Source: Deltaproteobacteria bacterium HGW-Deltaproteobacteria-14 (lineage in GTDB: Bacteria; Myxococcota_A; UBA9042; PHBI01). Taken from it: 64,000 nt of DNA. Shown in pieces: positions 1 through 9,900 of the stretch (within the stretch, counting starts at the first letter, position 1; each line of letters begins with the position of its first letter). The DNA lies in the NCBI GenBank assembly GCA_002841945.1, contig PHBI01000002.1, forward strand, positions 11,972 to 75,971, in the 5' to 3' direction. The position numbers and the translations under genes are program-made. Below the pieces are notes generated by a model, which saw only the letters and a list, made by a program, of their open reading frames with translations, searched no databases and was not told the origin of the DNA.

Positions 1-347
1 GCGTTCGTCGTGAAGACGGCGAGGGCCTCGCCGGCCGGACCAGTCCAGAGCCGGCGGGGCTTCAGCGCGGTGCCATCGAGGAGTTTCGCGGCCTCCGAGG
101 CACCCAGTGCGCTACCCTTCCGCCAGCCGTCGTGTAAGCCGCAGGCATCGTCGAGGACCACGTCGAGGGCGGCGCCGAGGGCATCAGGGGCGGGCTTGTC
201 GGGGTCGAGGGCCACGAGGGCCGTGCGCAAGCGATCGGCGAGCCCCCACGGGGCCTTCTCTGGGGCCGGCAGCGCGTCGAGCGCCGTCGGGGAGAGCAGG
301 TTTCCCCCATGGCGGAGCGAGGTCCAGGCGTCGTGCAGGCTGGTCAT
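1..347 (-). CDS. hypothetical protein, 5' part of the gene only (gene runs off the window start); 4th gene of the SNF2-STAND-HEPN operon
   Basis: ATG at 347-345 overlaps the TGA stop of the upstream HEPN gene (ATGA overlap). Hand translation of the minus frame gives MTSLHDAWTSLRHGGNLLSPTALDALPAPEKAPWGLADRLRTALVALDPDKPAPDALGAALDVVLDDACGLHDGWRKGSALGASEAAKLLDGTALKPRRLWTGPAGEALAVFTTN... with no stop down to position 1. Not in the ORF track because it has no in-window stop. Confidence 0.4.
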   Translation of the reverse strand, partial: MTSLHDAWTSLRHGGNLLSPTALDALPAPEKAPWGLADRLRTALVALDPDKPAPDALGAALDVVLDDACGLHDGWRKGSALGASEAAKLLDGTALKPRRLWTGPAGEALAVFTTN

Positions 348-1597
348 CGCAGGGCGTCCTCGAGTCGGTCGACGATGGCGAGGGCATTCCAGCCCACAGC
401 CGTTCCGTGTGCAAGGGCGTTACGGACGTAGCGAAGCTCGTGCATGCCATCCTTCGTTGAGCGATCGTCTGGCGACAGACCGATAACCTCGTTGAGAGAC
501 GCGGCGTCCCACTCGTCCAAGGACGCGACGCGCCCCAGCGGTGTGAGCCGATGCTCGACGGCGCTCGAGTCTTGGCGGAGCGTCTCGAGTCGCTTGCTAG
601 GGGTGCTCGGTGGTCGCCACGGTGGCGTCGCTAGCACATGGTCGCGGATGCGTTGCTCCAGGTCCATGCAGCGACCGAGGAGGCGATTGGCGAGTGGTCG
701 GCAACCCGACAACGAACTGAGAAAGCGCTTCTGAGGGTGACTTCGGTCGCGATTAAGCAGGGCTCGGGCGAGCCAGGGGGCCGGACGGTGGGAGCGTGCC
801 TCGGCGCCGGACAGGCCGATACCGAGGCGCAACGAGGGGTTGTAGCGGACTTGGTCGAGGCTCTCTCCCAGTTGCTCCTGCATCTCCTTGGGTAGCCTTG
901 CGAAGAGTGCAGCGGCGTGCTCGTTGAGAGCAGCCTCGAGCACCTGGTCGTCACCGCGCATCAGCGGTGGGAGTGCAGCGCCGACATCGATCGCGCGTTC
1001 GATGTCGCCGCCGGAGTGCCAAGCGACGCGCTCGTGCAGGTAGGCGGACCAGCGGTCGTCGTCGTCGTAGACTGCGGTCGCTTCAGCCGGCCACCCCACA
1101 TCGAGACGACAAGCGTCTCCAGGGGCATCGGGATCGCGGACAACCACCAGAAACGCGATTGCCCCTGGGCTCGGCAGCTTCTGGTGCAGGTCCACGATGA
1201 TGCGAAGCTCGTCTATCCAGGTCGCGAACGTCGCCGGGACTGGACTCGCGATGAGCAATCGTGGACGTGCGCATGTGAGCTTCGCAAGCTGCTCTGCTAG
1301 GTTGCGTTGACTCCCTGCCGGCAACCCGAGCCAGCGCCACAGTGAATCGGCCGCGCCTCCGCTACACAGCTCGGCGTCGAGCTCGTCAACGCGCACATAC
1401 CCGCCATCAGGAGCAGCACGACGGATTTCACCTCGCAGGACATCGATGAAGTCTCCTTCATTTGCTCGTGGTGCCTGGACCACGAGCGGGGCCGCTAGGG
1501 TGTCCCACGGGCCGTCTGTCATCCAGTCGGTGAGGCGTCGCGCCTCGATTAGCCGCCAGGTTCGCGACCAACCCGCCACGTGGACGAGTATGTTCAT
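344..1597 (-). CDS. 417-aa protein with C-terminal HEPN-like domain (putative RNase effector); N-terminal ~330 aa unassigned
   Basis: C-terminus ...DGMHELRYVRNALAHGTAVGWNALAIVDRLEDAL carries an R-x4-H-G motif (RNALAHG), typical of Swt1/Abi-type HEPN domains. Start ATG overlaps the stop of the upstream STAND gene (ATGA at 1594-1597). Confidence 0.55.
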   Translation of the reverse strand: MNILVHVAGWSRTWRLIEARRLTDWMTDGPWDTLAAPLVVQAPRANEGDFIDVLRGEIRRAAPDGGYVRVDELDAELCSGGAADSLWRWLGLPAGSQRNLAEQLAKLTCARPRLLIASPVPATFATWIDELRIIVDLHQKLPSPGAIAFLVVVRDPDAPGDACRLDVGWPAEATAVYDDDDRWSAYLHERVAWHSGGDIERAIDVGAALPPLMRGDDQVLEAALNEHAAALFARLPKEMQEQLGESLDQVRYNPSLRLGIGLSGAEARSHRPAPWLARALLNRDRSHPQKRFLSSLSGCRPLANRLLGRCMDLEQRIRDHVLATPPWRPPSTPSKRLETLRQDSSAVEHRLTPLGRVASLDEWDAASLNEVIGLSPDDRSTKDGMHELRYVRNALAHGTAVGWNALAIVDRLEDALR

Positions 1598-4500
1598 CCG
1601 GCGCTCGGCGGTACGATGCGGAGCACCGGGTCATCGACCCGCAGGGGGGCAACCTCGTCCAGCGGTGAACCGCTACGCGTCGGCGAGCGGGGCAGAAGCC
1701 CCAACGCGAGCAGGACCTGAATCGCGTCCCCATCCTGGGGGCCAAAGCGTCTCGGCCCTGCCTCGATGATATCTGCGCGCAACGCCGCAGCGAGGTCGTC
1801 GCCGAACTCTTCGCTCGCACGCGCCACCATGTGGATGAGCTCTCGCTCTCGCAGAGTGAGGTGTAGCTCGCTTCCCTCGGTGGTGAGCTGTGCGGCGATC
1901 TCGCCGTAGGAGGCTTCGAGTGCTGCGACGAGCCCATTGAGCGCCTCGGCATCGAGCGTTGGCGCTTCAGGGTGGGCGGTCGCTAGGAGTTCATCGAATC
2001 GAGCGACGAGGATCGGGATGCCGGCCGTGCACCGCATAATCGGATCGAGCGGATTCAGGGCCGTGAACTCCGCCGCACGACGTCTACGGAGCCAGGAGTC
2101 GACCTGGCCTTTCGACAGGCGGCCCGTGCGCGCGAGGTCGATCGGGCCCGCCCGCGATTGGAGGCGTTGTGCGCCCCGAGCCAGTTCCGACCCACCGATG
2201 AGCAGCACCGGCTCTGTTCTGGACTCGAGTGTTTCGAGCGCATTGATCGCGGCTTTGCCGGTGAGAACGCGCGTACCGTCGCTGCCGTTAGCGAGACCGA
2301 GTCGGCGTGCGAGACCGTTGTCAGCGTCGACCAAGGGGGGCAGCCAGTGTGACGCAACGGCCGCGCCTCGGACGTCGGCCTCGACTGCTAGGTCGCTCAG
2401 GCAGAAGCGGACGGACTCGAGAACGGACTCGCTGAGCAGCCAGGTGGGTTGCTGAGTTCCCCCGCTCGCACGCAGCCTCTTCAGCGCATCTCGGATGTGT
2501 CGCGCCGGTTCCCGCTGGACAAGGACAGGCAGGTGGTGCGGAAACCGCAGTCGGTACTCATCAGGCCGGTGCGAGGTCTGAACGATCAACGATCGATCGA
2601 CAAGCCCACGGAGCTCTTGCCGGACGAGGTCCGCCCACGCCTCGCCGCCAAGCTCGGTCGGATCAAACCCCTCCACCGCCTGGATGTGAGCGAGGATTCG
2701 TTCCGGGGCGTCGTCGATTGCGGCGCTCGGGACACGGCCCTGAAGCTCCATCAAGAGCCCTGCGAAGATGAGCTTGCCTCTCGGGTGACCTACGAAGTTG
2801 AGCCAGCAGATCTCGTAGATGGCGTTCTGAACCGCGTTGCTAAGGAACACGTCGACCACGTCCTTCGCGGTGACGGTCACTTGCTCGCGGTCCTGCCTTG
2901 GTCGCGTCCGTTCGAGGTGCTCGATCAGTGAGAGCCCGAACCGGATGATCACCGCCGGCTGATAGCCGCATCGGAAGGCGATGTTGTCAGCCTGCTCGCG
3001 GGCGTCGATGCCGAGACGCGCAAGGGGACCCGCGGCCAACTCGACCGCGCCGTCCGCGTCGAGCGGGCCGAGGAGGAGGACATCCCCCTTGTTCTCCCAG
3101 ACGCCGCGGTTCTGGTCCGTCCGAAGGTAGCCACAGAACACGAAGCGAATGCGGGGGAGTCCAGCCTGGTCGCGGATCTCTTCGGCGTGTCGGCTCATCC
3201 ACCAGGAAAGGGACTGCTGGCGTTCCGAGGTGGGCGACTCGATCTGCGCGGCGAAGAAGGTGTCTGCTTCGTCGAGCAGGAGCAGCAGGCTAACGTCTGG
3301 ATGCTCCGCCAGTCGCTGAGGCAGAGTGCTCTTCAGATGCTCGACCGGGTCGCTAGCGTCGAGGCCGTTCTTGACGTCGAGCAGTTCACCGACCGCGCTC
3401 AGGATCGCGCGCGCAACAGCCTGCTCGGTCTCCATGCCGGCGATGGAGCAGAACACGACGCGGAGGTTGTTGCCCGACGGCAAGGTCTTCAGATTCGGGT
3501 TGCCCTCGACGAACCGAAGTAGGGCGGTTTTCCCGAGGCGTCGCCCGGAGAAGATGCGGCTGTACGTTGCACGGGTTGCCAGTGCCTCGGCTTCGGTCTG
3601 GCGACCCACGAACATCTCGAGACGTACGTGTTGCCCCTCGACCACCTCGTACGGGCAGAAGCGACTCCACCGCTGTTGCTCCGCAACGAGCTCGAGGAGT
3701 GCGAGGAGCGGATCCGGGGCCTCACCGCCGACGTTCAGCAGGCGGCACAGGTCGAGGTCATCGATAAGGGCGACCGGGCCCGCGAGTGACGCGGTGGCGA
3801 GGCGATCGTGAATCTGACGACGCTGCTCTTCGTGCAAGCCCGGCACGAGTATGAGTGTGAGTTCCTGGTTGGTCGCTTCGCTCTGAATACGACGCGATAG
3901 GGCCGGCGAGACGCTCGGCAGAGGCGAGACCTTGAGCGACAGGGTCCGGTAGCGCGAGATCTGGGGAAGGAACGTCGGGTTGTTGACGCCCTCGACGAGC
4001 CAGGACTGGACGCTCTCGACGTCGATCTGGGAGTAGTGCGTCTTGTCCCCACGAGGCGTGTAGTTGCGCACGTGGCTCGAACGGCGTAGCGCCCTCGCCT
4101 TGAAGACCAGCTCGACGAACGCTTCGCGCAGTTTCGCGTCGTCCTGGTCCTTGAGGCGGCGACGACGCAGCTTTGATGTCGTGTCGATCCATCGGGACAC
4201 GACGTTCTTGACGTCGTTGTCGAGCTGGACGGGCTCGATGAGCCGATTGAGGGCCTCGAGCGGGTCCGGCCATCGCTTGGCAGCGTCGCGGCGATAGAGC
4301 GTGGCCCGATATCGCCGGGGACCGCTACTGTGGGGCCGCTGGCCGAGCGCTCGGAGGAGTGCGCCGATGTCGCCGGATGCCAGAATTCGGCGTGCTTCAG
4401 CCTGGCTCAGCCCCTCTTCGAGCGCCGCGGCGACCAGACGGTCAGTGAGTTGGCCTGCGCGGCGTCGGAGCTTGTCGCGACAGTGGCAGAGCCAAGCGCG

Positions 4501-6960
4501 ATCGAGTGCGGTCAGATGCGTGTCCAGCGCGTGTTCCGTGAGCGCGACCGCGTCGGCCGCGATGGAGGCTTGTCCATCGGCGAGCTCGGCGAGGCGCAAA
4601 TGCAGTTCCCTCAGCTCTGCCGCGAGTTGCTGGAGCTCATCGTCGGATCTCTGTTGGTGACGTTCGAGTTCGCGGACGATGCTTGGAGAGAGATCGTCGG
4701 ATGTCGGAAGTAGGTCAGGACGATGAGAGGCAAGCCAGTCGTCGAGTTCGCCATCCGCGACGACGACCGGCGGCCCCAACAATCGAGCGGCGGCGCGAAC
4801 TGATTCGCTCACGCGTCGCGCATCGAGCTCCGGGGAGCTCGGAGTGAAGTCGGGCCACGCCTCAACCAGCAGCGGGCGGGCATAGACCGATCCTGCGGTG
4901 AAGACGGGCTCCACGATGTCATGGCGCTCGACGCCGAGGTGGCTGCGCACAAGTCCCACGATCCAGTTGTCGATTGGTGCACCACCCGTGGAGGAGCTGG
5001 CGGCGCCGACGGCGAGGTCACTGAATCGGGGTGCGTTGGCTGCACGCCGAGCCTCGGTCTTCGCACGCGCGTGGGCGTCGCGAGCCGTCAGAACAGCGGA
5101 CGCAAGTACCACCAGTTCTTCGACGCCCTTGTCCATATGGCGACGGTCTTTCAGCTTGGCTCCGCCACGGTCGAAGATCGCACTAGACTCCTCCCGTAGT
5201 CGCGCAAGGGTGCTTCTATCCGAGTCCTCGAGCCGAGATTCCGAGATACGCGACAACGTCGGCGCAGCGCCCCCCATGAAGTTGTCCCATGCACGCCGGC
5301 AGTGCGTGGTCTGCACGGTCCCTCCGGCAGCGCTGAAGAGTCTCTTCAGCGCTTCATGCAACGCGCCTGCGGCCTCGTGCTGTGCCGCCTCGAGCGCCGT
5401 GTCGGACAGGGGGGCAGCAAGCTGCCGCTCCAGAACCGCCGCCGCCGACGAGATCCTCTGGTGAACGAGCCACTCCTCAAGCAGCGCCCTGGTGCCCTCA
5501 TTGAGTCGGAGTTGCGTGCACAACTCCGAGATCGTCTCATCAGCGAGCGGGCAGGAGCTCGTGTCCAGGGCGAGCATTACAGCCGCCAGCCAGGTTCCTG
5601 GATAGGCCGGCTCGGCGGAGCCAGACGCGATGGCGACGCGGATACGGCGAACGAGATCTACCGGCAGCTCAGGGGAGGCGGACGGGCCACGGGCGAAGGC
5701 ACGCGTCCAGTCGAGCAACCAGGCCGGAGCGGCTTCGTCGAGTGCCAACTCGGCTGCGGCGGCACCCATGACATAGGCCGTGGCCCATTCCCCCGCTAGC
5801 AGGGCATGGGACTGGGCATCCACGATGGATTCGTTGAAGTCGTCCTTCGTCCACGGCGCCGGAGCGGCTGTGCCGTCCGGCTCGAGCCAGTAGTTGGCAA
5901 CGAAGTCCCTGCGTGGTGTCGCTTCGACCACCTTGCTCCCGACATCGAGTTGCAGCGGCGGACGGTCATCAGGCCGTTCGGGCGTCTGCTCGGTGCTCGG
6001 GGTTTCGTTCGCCGCAGAAACACCGACGTCCGCCGAGAGGTCGCCTGTGTCGGCTGGCCCAACGCCGGCTTGGTCTCCGTCACCCCTGACGAGCGCTTCG
6101 GGCTGGGACGCGAGGACCCTCGCAGGTTCGGCTGAGCCGCCCAGCGTGAAAGGTCGGGGCGGCTCAGCATCGGGACGGGGGAGCGTCGGCGTCAAGGTGT
6201 CAGGGGGCGCCCCCTCTGACGACGCGTCCTGGATGTTGACTTCGTCTTGAGTCGACGCCGCTGTTGTGTACCCGCCCTCATCTTCGGCAACGTCGGCGTC
6301 AGCTGGTTCGTCTGTTTCCGCTTCACCCGCCTTCGGGCCGGCGGCGGTCCACGCTGGCTCGTCGACAGTCGCCAGGAAATCGACAAGCGCTGGCATCGCA
6401 CCTCCGAGGCCGTCGATCACTCGCTCTTGGGTGCCGTTCTCCAGGGCCCAGAACCACCGGAGCCAAGATTCGCCGGGCCCGTCGGGGCCGTCGAAGCCCG
6501 TGGTGTTCGAGGCCCCCTCGGCCAGGATCCTCTCGAGCTCGGCTGCCGCCATCTCGCGTTGCTCCTCCCATCTCCGCGCGCGCCACCCACCCACGCATCG
6601 CCCACTGCGCAGCTCCGCAGCCAGAAGGCGAATGCGCCGCTCAGGGAGCTCGACCACCAACGCGTCGAGTGCCTCCAGGGCGTCCGTGACGCGGGCCCGC
6701 AGATCGTCCATGTCTACCGGCCAGACCTCGTCTGCGCGGCCGTCGTTGCTGAGCGTCTCGTGGGCGACGTGCAACGCGTCGCGCACGCGACGACCTGAGC
6801 GAAGGACGTCGTCGAGAGCCTGCTCGGCCACCGGCCGCGCGACGTCGGCCGCCCGCTCGAGCTCCGCCACAACAGCTCCGAGGCGTGTCACTCCGTCGAT
6901 GTGGCGGTCGATCGATTCCTTGAGGTGCTCACGCAGCTCAGCTGGTGACTGGGGGACCAT
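1594..6960 (-). CDS. 1788-aa STAND/AAA_16-like P-loop NTPase with ~1000-aa N-terminal extension (includes an acidic/Pro-rich low-complexity segment) and ~400-aa C-terminal region
   Basis: The FVGRQTEAEAL motif sits immediately before Walker A (SGRRLGKTALL), and Walker B is LLLLLDEAD. This is the hallmark of STAND/AAA_16 NTPases. The NTPase core lies at about aa 1040-1400. Residues ~150-400 are Ala/Pro/Glu/Asp/Thr-rich. Stop is 9 nt from the SNF2 gene start. Confidence 0.65.
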   Translation of the reverse strand: MVPQSPAELREHLKESIDRHIDGVTRLGAVVAELERAADVARPVAEQALDDVLRSGRRVRDALHVAHETLSNDGRADEVWPVDMDDLRARVTDALEALDALVVELPERRIRLLAAELRSGRCVGGWRARRWEEQREMAAAELERILAEGASNTTGFDGPDGPGESWLRWFWALENGTQERVIDGLGGAMPALVDFLATVDEPAWTAAGPKAGEAETDEPADADVAEDEGGYTTAASTQDEVNIQDASSEGAPPDTLTPTLPRPDAEPPRPFTLGGSAEPARVLASQPEALVRGDGDQAGVGPADTGDLSADVGVSAANETPSTEQTPERPDDRPPLQLDVGSKVVEATPRRDFVANYWLEPDGTAAPAPWTKDDFNESIVDAQSHALLAGEWATAYVMGAAAAELALDEAAPAWLLDWTRAFARGPSASPELPVDLVRRIRVAIASGSAEPAYPGTWLAAVMLALDTSSCPLADETISELCTQLRLNEGTRALLEEWLVHQRISSAAAVLERQLAAPLSDTALEAAQHEAAGALHEALKRLFSAAGGTVQTTHCRRAWDNFMGGAAPTLSRISESRLEDSDRSTLARLREESSAIFDRGGAKLKDRRHMDKGVEELVVLASAVLTARDAHARAKTEARRAANAPRFSDLAVGAASSSTGGAPIDNWIVGLVRSHLGVERHDIVEPVFTAGSVYARPLLVEAWPDFTPSSPELDARRVSESVRAAARLLGPPVVVADGELDDWLASHRPDLLPTSDDLSPSIVRELERHQQRSDDELQQLAAELRELHLRLAELADGQASIAADAVALTEHALDTHLTALDRAWLCHCRDKLRRRAGQLTDRLVAAALEEGLSQAEARRILASGDIGALLRALGQRPHSSGPRRYRATLYRRDAAKRWPDPLEALNRLIEPVQLDNDVKNVVSRWIDTTSKLRRRRLKDQDDAKLREAFVELVFKARALRRSSHVRNYTPRGDKTHYSQIDVESVQSWLVEGVNNPTFLPQISRYRTLSLKVSPLPSVSPALSRRIQSEATNQELTLILVPGLHEEQRRQIHDRLATASLAGPVALIDDLDLCRLLNVGGEAPDPLLALLELVAEQQRWSRFCPYEVVEGQHVRLEMFVGRQTEAEALATRATYSRIFSGRRLGKTALLRFVEGNPNLKTLPSGNNLRVVFCSIAGMETEQAVARAILSAVGELLDVKNGLDASDPVEHLKSTLPQRLAEHPDVSLLLLLDEADTFFAAQIESPTSERQQSLSWWMSRHAEEIRDQAGLPRIRFVFCGYLRTDQNRGVWENKGDVLLLGPLDADGAVELAAGPLARLGIDAREQADNIAFRCGYQPAVIIRFGLSLIEHLERTRPRQDREQVTVTAKDVVDVFLSNAVQNAIYEICWLNFVGHPRGKLIFAGLLMELQGRVPSAAIDDAPERILAHIQAVEGFDPTELGGEAWADLVRQELRGLVDRSLIVQTSHRPDEYRLRFPHHLPVLVQREPARHIRDALKRLRASGGTQQPTWLLSESVLESVRFCLSDLAVEADVRGAAVASHWLPPLVDADNGLARRLGLANGSDGTRVLTGKAAINALETLESRTEPVLLIGGSELARGAQRLQSRAGPIDLARTGRLSKGQVDSWLRRRRAAEFTALNPLDPIMRCTAGIPILVARFDELLATAHPEAPTLDAEALNGLVAALEASYGEIAAQLTTEGSELHLTLRERELIHMVARASEEFGDDLAAALRADIIEAGPRRFGPQDGDAIQVLLALGLLPRSPTRSGSPLDEVAPLRVDDPVLRIVPPSAG

Positions 6961-6969
6961 TTGCTCTTC

Positions 6970-9900
6970 TCACCGTTCGGGAAGGCGGATCTCAACCGCA
7001 ATCGGATAGACGCGTGCCTCGCCGCGCAAGGCGTAGCGTTTGGGGAGGACCTGCTTCAGGGTGCGTTCGGCCTCGGCGGCGAGTCGCTCCTGCACCTGCT
7101 CGTAGTGGCCTTTCCGCAGGACGAGCTCGGCGTCGAGGTCGGCGAGGCGCTTCTGGACTTCCTGGTCGATATCCACGAAGAGGGCCAGCTGTCGCGCCTT
7201 CTCCCGGAGCTTGTCGGCTTCCTTCGCGATCTTTGCGAGTTGGTTCTCGCCGATCGCGCGCTCGAGCTCTTTCTTTCGTCGGTCGAAGCGCTTGCGCTCG
7301 AGATCTCGGACCGACTTGCCCGACGCCTGAAGGCGCAGCACGAGCGACTCTGTGAGTTCGGCTTGGAGGTTCCGCACGTGGGCCTTCACGGCATCCGCGA
7401 CCTCATCCCAGAGGTCGCGTGCGGCGTCGCGGTCGCCGGGAGCTCTTGGCCCATCCGAGGCTTGTGCAGGGCGATTGGACAGCGCCGCCCCGAGGGTGTC
7501 GCCGCGCACAGGCAGCACAATCGTCCGAACCCAATGGTGACACGGCTCGCGGAGCTCGTTCACCGCGAGCTCCTCGACCGTGAGCAGGACAAGGGCATCC
7601 GCATCGCTGGGAACGTCGCCGCTACGGACCGTCCAGCGCGTCGCCGCGCTCGGCCCGCCGGGGAATCGGTAGCGGGCGAAGGTCGACATGACGCGGTGGT
7701 AGAGCGCGTCGCCGAGGTGCAGCAGGCGCGAGTCGGGCTCAGGGAGGTAGACGGGCCGGCCGTTGCGAGGCTGTACGTAGTGTGCTGGGTCAAAGACGAG
7801 GGCGAGCATCGGTCCAGACGGCCCGCCGGCGCGCAGAGTGTGATCGACCAGTTCCTGCCACAGGGCCGGCACGGGGTGCACCAGGCGCTCGCGGCCCGGA
7901 CCGTCGTTCTCGAGGCGGGGACGGCCCGCTTCGATCGCGAGGGCGGTCTCGAGGGTCTCGCGCAGGCTGGCCGGTGAGAGATCGAGCTCGGTCTTGAGAG
8001 CTTCGAGATGAGCGAGGTCATCGGCGCCGGGCAGCGGTGCGCCGGCCGGCAGGTCATCCGCGACATCGGCGTTCGTTGCGTGAGCGTGGCCGATGACGCG
8101 GTCGAGCCTCTCGTCGCTGACCGCGGCATCCTCGTCCTCAGCGAAGTGGGCGAGGATCGCGTCCGAAAAGATCTCATCGGTGATGACGCGGTCTTCGCGG
8201 GTCTGGCTGCGCTTGCGTAGGACCTTGCCAAGAAAGCGCATCGAGGCGTCGTCGGTGCTGTCGAAGTGGAAGATGAAAACGTCACGCTCCTGACCGTGCC
8301 GATCGAGGCGCCCGTTGCGCTGTTCCATGCGGGCCGGGTTCCAGGGGATGTCCCAGTGCAGCATGTGGCGTGCAGCGCGTTGCAGGTTGAGCCCCTCGCC
8401 AGCGGCGTCGGTGGCGAGGAGGATGCGCGCGGGGCCCCGCGGGTCATTGAAGGCGCGCTTCACGGCATCGCGCTCTACGTCGTTCATGCCGCCGTAGAGC
8501 GTGATGAGCCACGGCCCATCGCCATAGCGGGCGCGAAGGTTGGCGCGTAGGTAGTCAAGGCTTGCCAGATACTCCGTGAAGACGATCAGGCGCTCGTCGT
8601 CCCGCCACCCCGTTGGCGTCCTCAGGGAACCATCGATCAGCGCCTCGAGAGCGCGCAGGCGAGCGTCGGCCTTCACTCGGACAGCGCGGGCGTCGACCTC
8701 AGCCATGTGGGATGCGGGGTCGAGACCCGGCGGAACACGCGTCACGCCGATCGCCGCGACGTGACGGGTCACCTCGGCGATTTCCTCGGCAACCGCTTGC
8801 TTCCATTGGCGCAGCCAGGCTCCCACGGTGCGTTCGGCGTGGCGCTGCCGGCTCTCCCGCTCGGCGTCGTTGTCGCTCTCGTCCGCGTGGGCGTTGCGAG
8901 CGCGCACGACCGTCGCCGCGGTGACGGCGTCATCAGGAGTATCGAGCCCCTCGATGAGCGCGAGCCAACTCTGGCCGAACGGCCACGGACCCGACAGAAG
9001 GCGCTTTTGCAGCACCTCCGTCGCGAAGTTCGCCGCCGTACGGTCTTGGTGGTCGGCACCCCGCAGCGCCTTCTTCAACGCACGTCGGAAGTCGCGCACG
9101 GCGAGGTGAAGCGCGCGTTCGTGGGCGCCGAAGTGAAGCGCGGGCAGCGCCTCGACGTGCCGCTCGGAGAAGCGCGGGGCCTCGCCGATGTCGGTGTAAC
9201 ATGTGTTGATCTCGCTCTTTAGCCGCCGGATGACGGCCTCTCCCACGCGACGACGGTCTTCATCGTCAAGGTCGGACTTGCGTGTGAAGCGCACCGGGTC
9301 GAGCGCCTCTAGGAGACCCGAGAACGAGCGTGTATGGCCGTTGTGAGGGGTTGCGGTGAGGAAGATCCGGTGTTCGAACCAGGGCGTGATGCGCTGGAGC
9401 ATCTTCGACAGGTCGGAGTCCGACCCGAAACTCGCGGGGGCGAGGTTGTGGGCCTCGTCGACGATGAGCAGATCCCAGCGGAGCCGTCCGTCCTCGCCCG
9501 GCTCGCTAGTGCTTCGGAACTGCTCGAGAACGTCGGGCTGCTTCAAGTAGTGGTAGCTCGCGATGATTCGCTCGTGACTGCGCCACGGGTTCGCGTCGAT
9601 GCCGATTTCGCGTTGCAGCTTGAGGGTCTGGGGCCTGTCGACGACCTCGAACGGTAGGGCGAACTTCTCCTGCATCTCGTCGCGCCATTGGGTGCGGAGC
9701 GCGGCGGGGCAGAGAACCAGCACACGCCGGATGCGGCGGCGGAGCATGAGTTCACGGAGGACCATGCCGGCCTGGATGGTCTTGCCGAGGCCGACGGCGT
9801 CGGCCAGCATCAGGGCGACGCGGGGCATCTCGAGGGCTCGGAGCACCGGCACGAGTTGGTACGCTTCCGGGTAGATCGCGCCGTAGAGTGGCGAGGCCAA

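Noticed and set aside
10-486. 158-aa plus-strand ORF at the window start (and 107-460 plus, 62-310 and 184-450 minus)
   Set aside because: Arg/Ser/Ala-rich junk. The minus-strand frame starting at 347 with an ATGA overlap to the HEPN gene stop is a far better gene model.
6961-7977. 338-aa plus-strand ORF (and many similar: 11518-12873, 32966-34816, 35025-38117, 38851-40854, 42583-44322, 46080-48434, 49717-51696, 52367-54211, 54610-56034, 56931-58673, 59031-61784 on minus)
   Set aside because: These are antisense shadows of well-supported genes on the opposite strand. Their translations are Gly/Ala/Arg/Asp/Glu/Val-rich low-complexity with no motifs, which is typical of the open antisense frames of ~70 % GC DNA.
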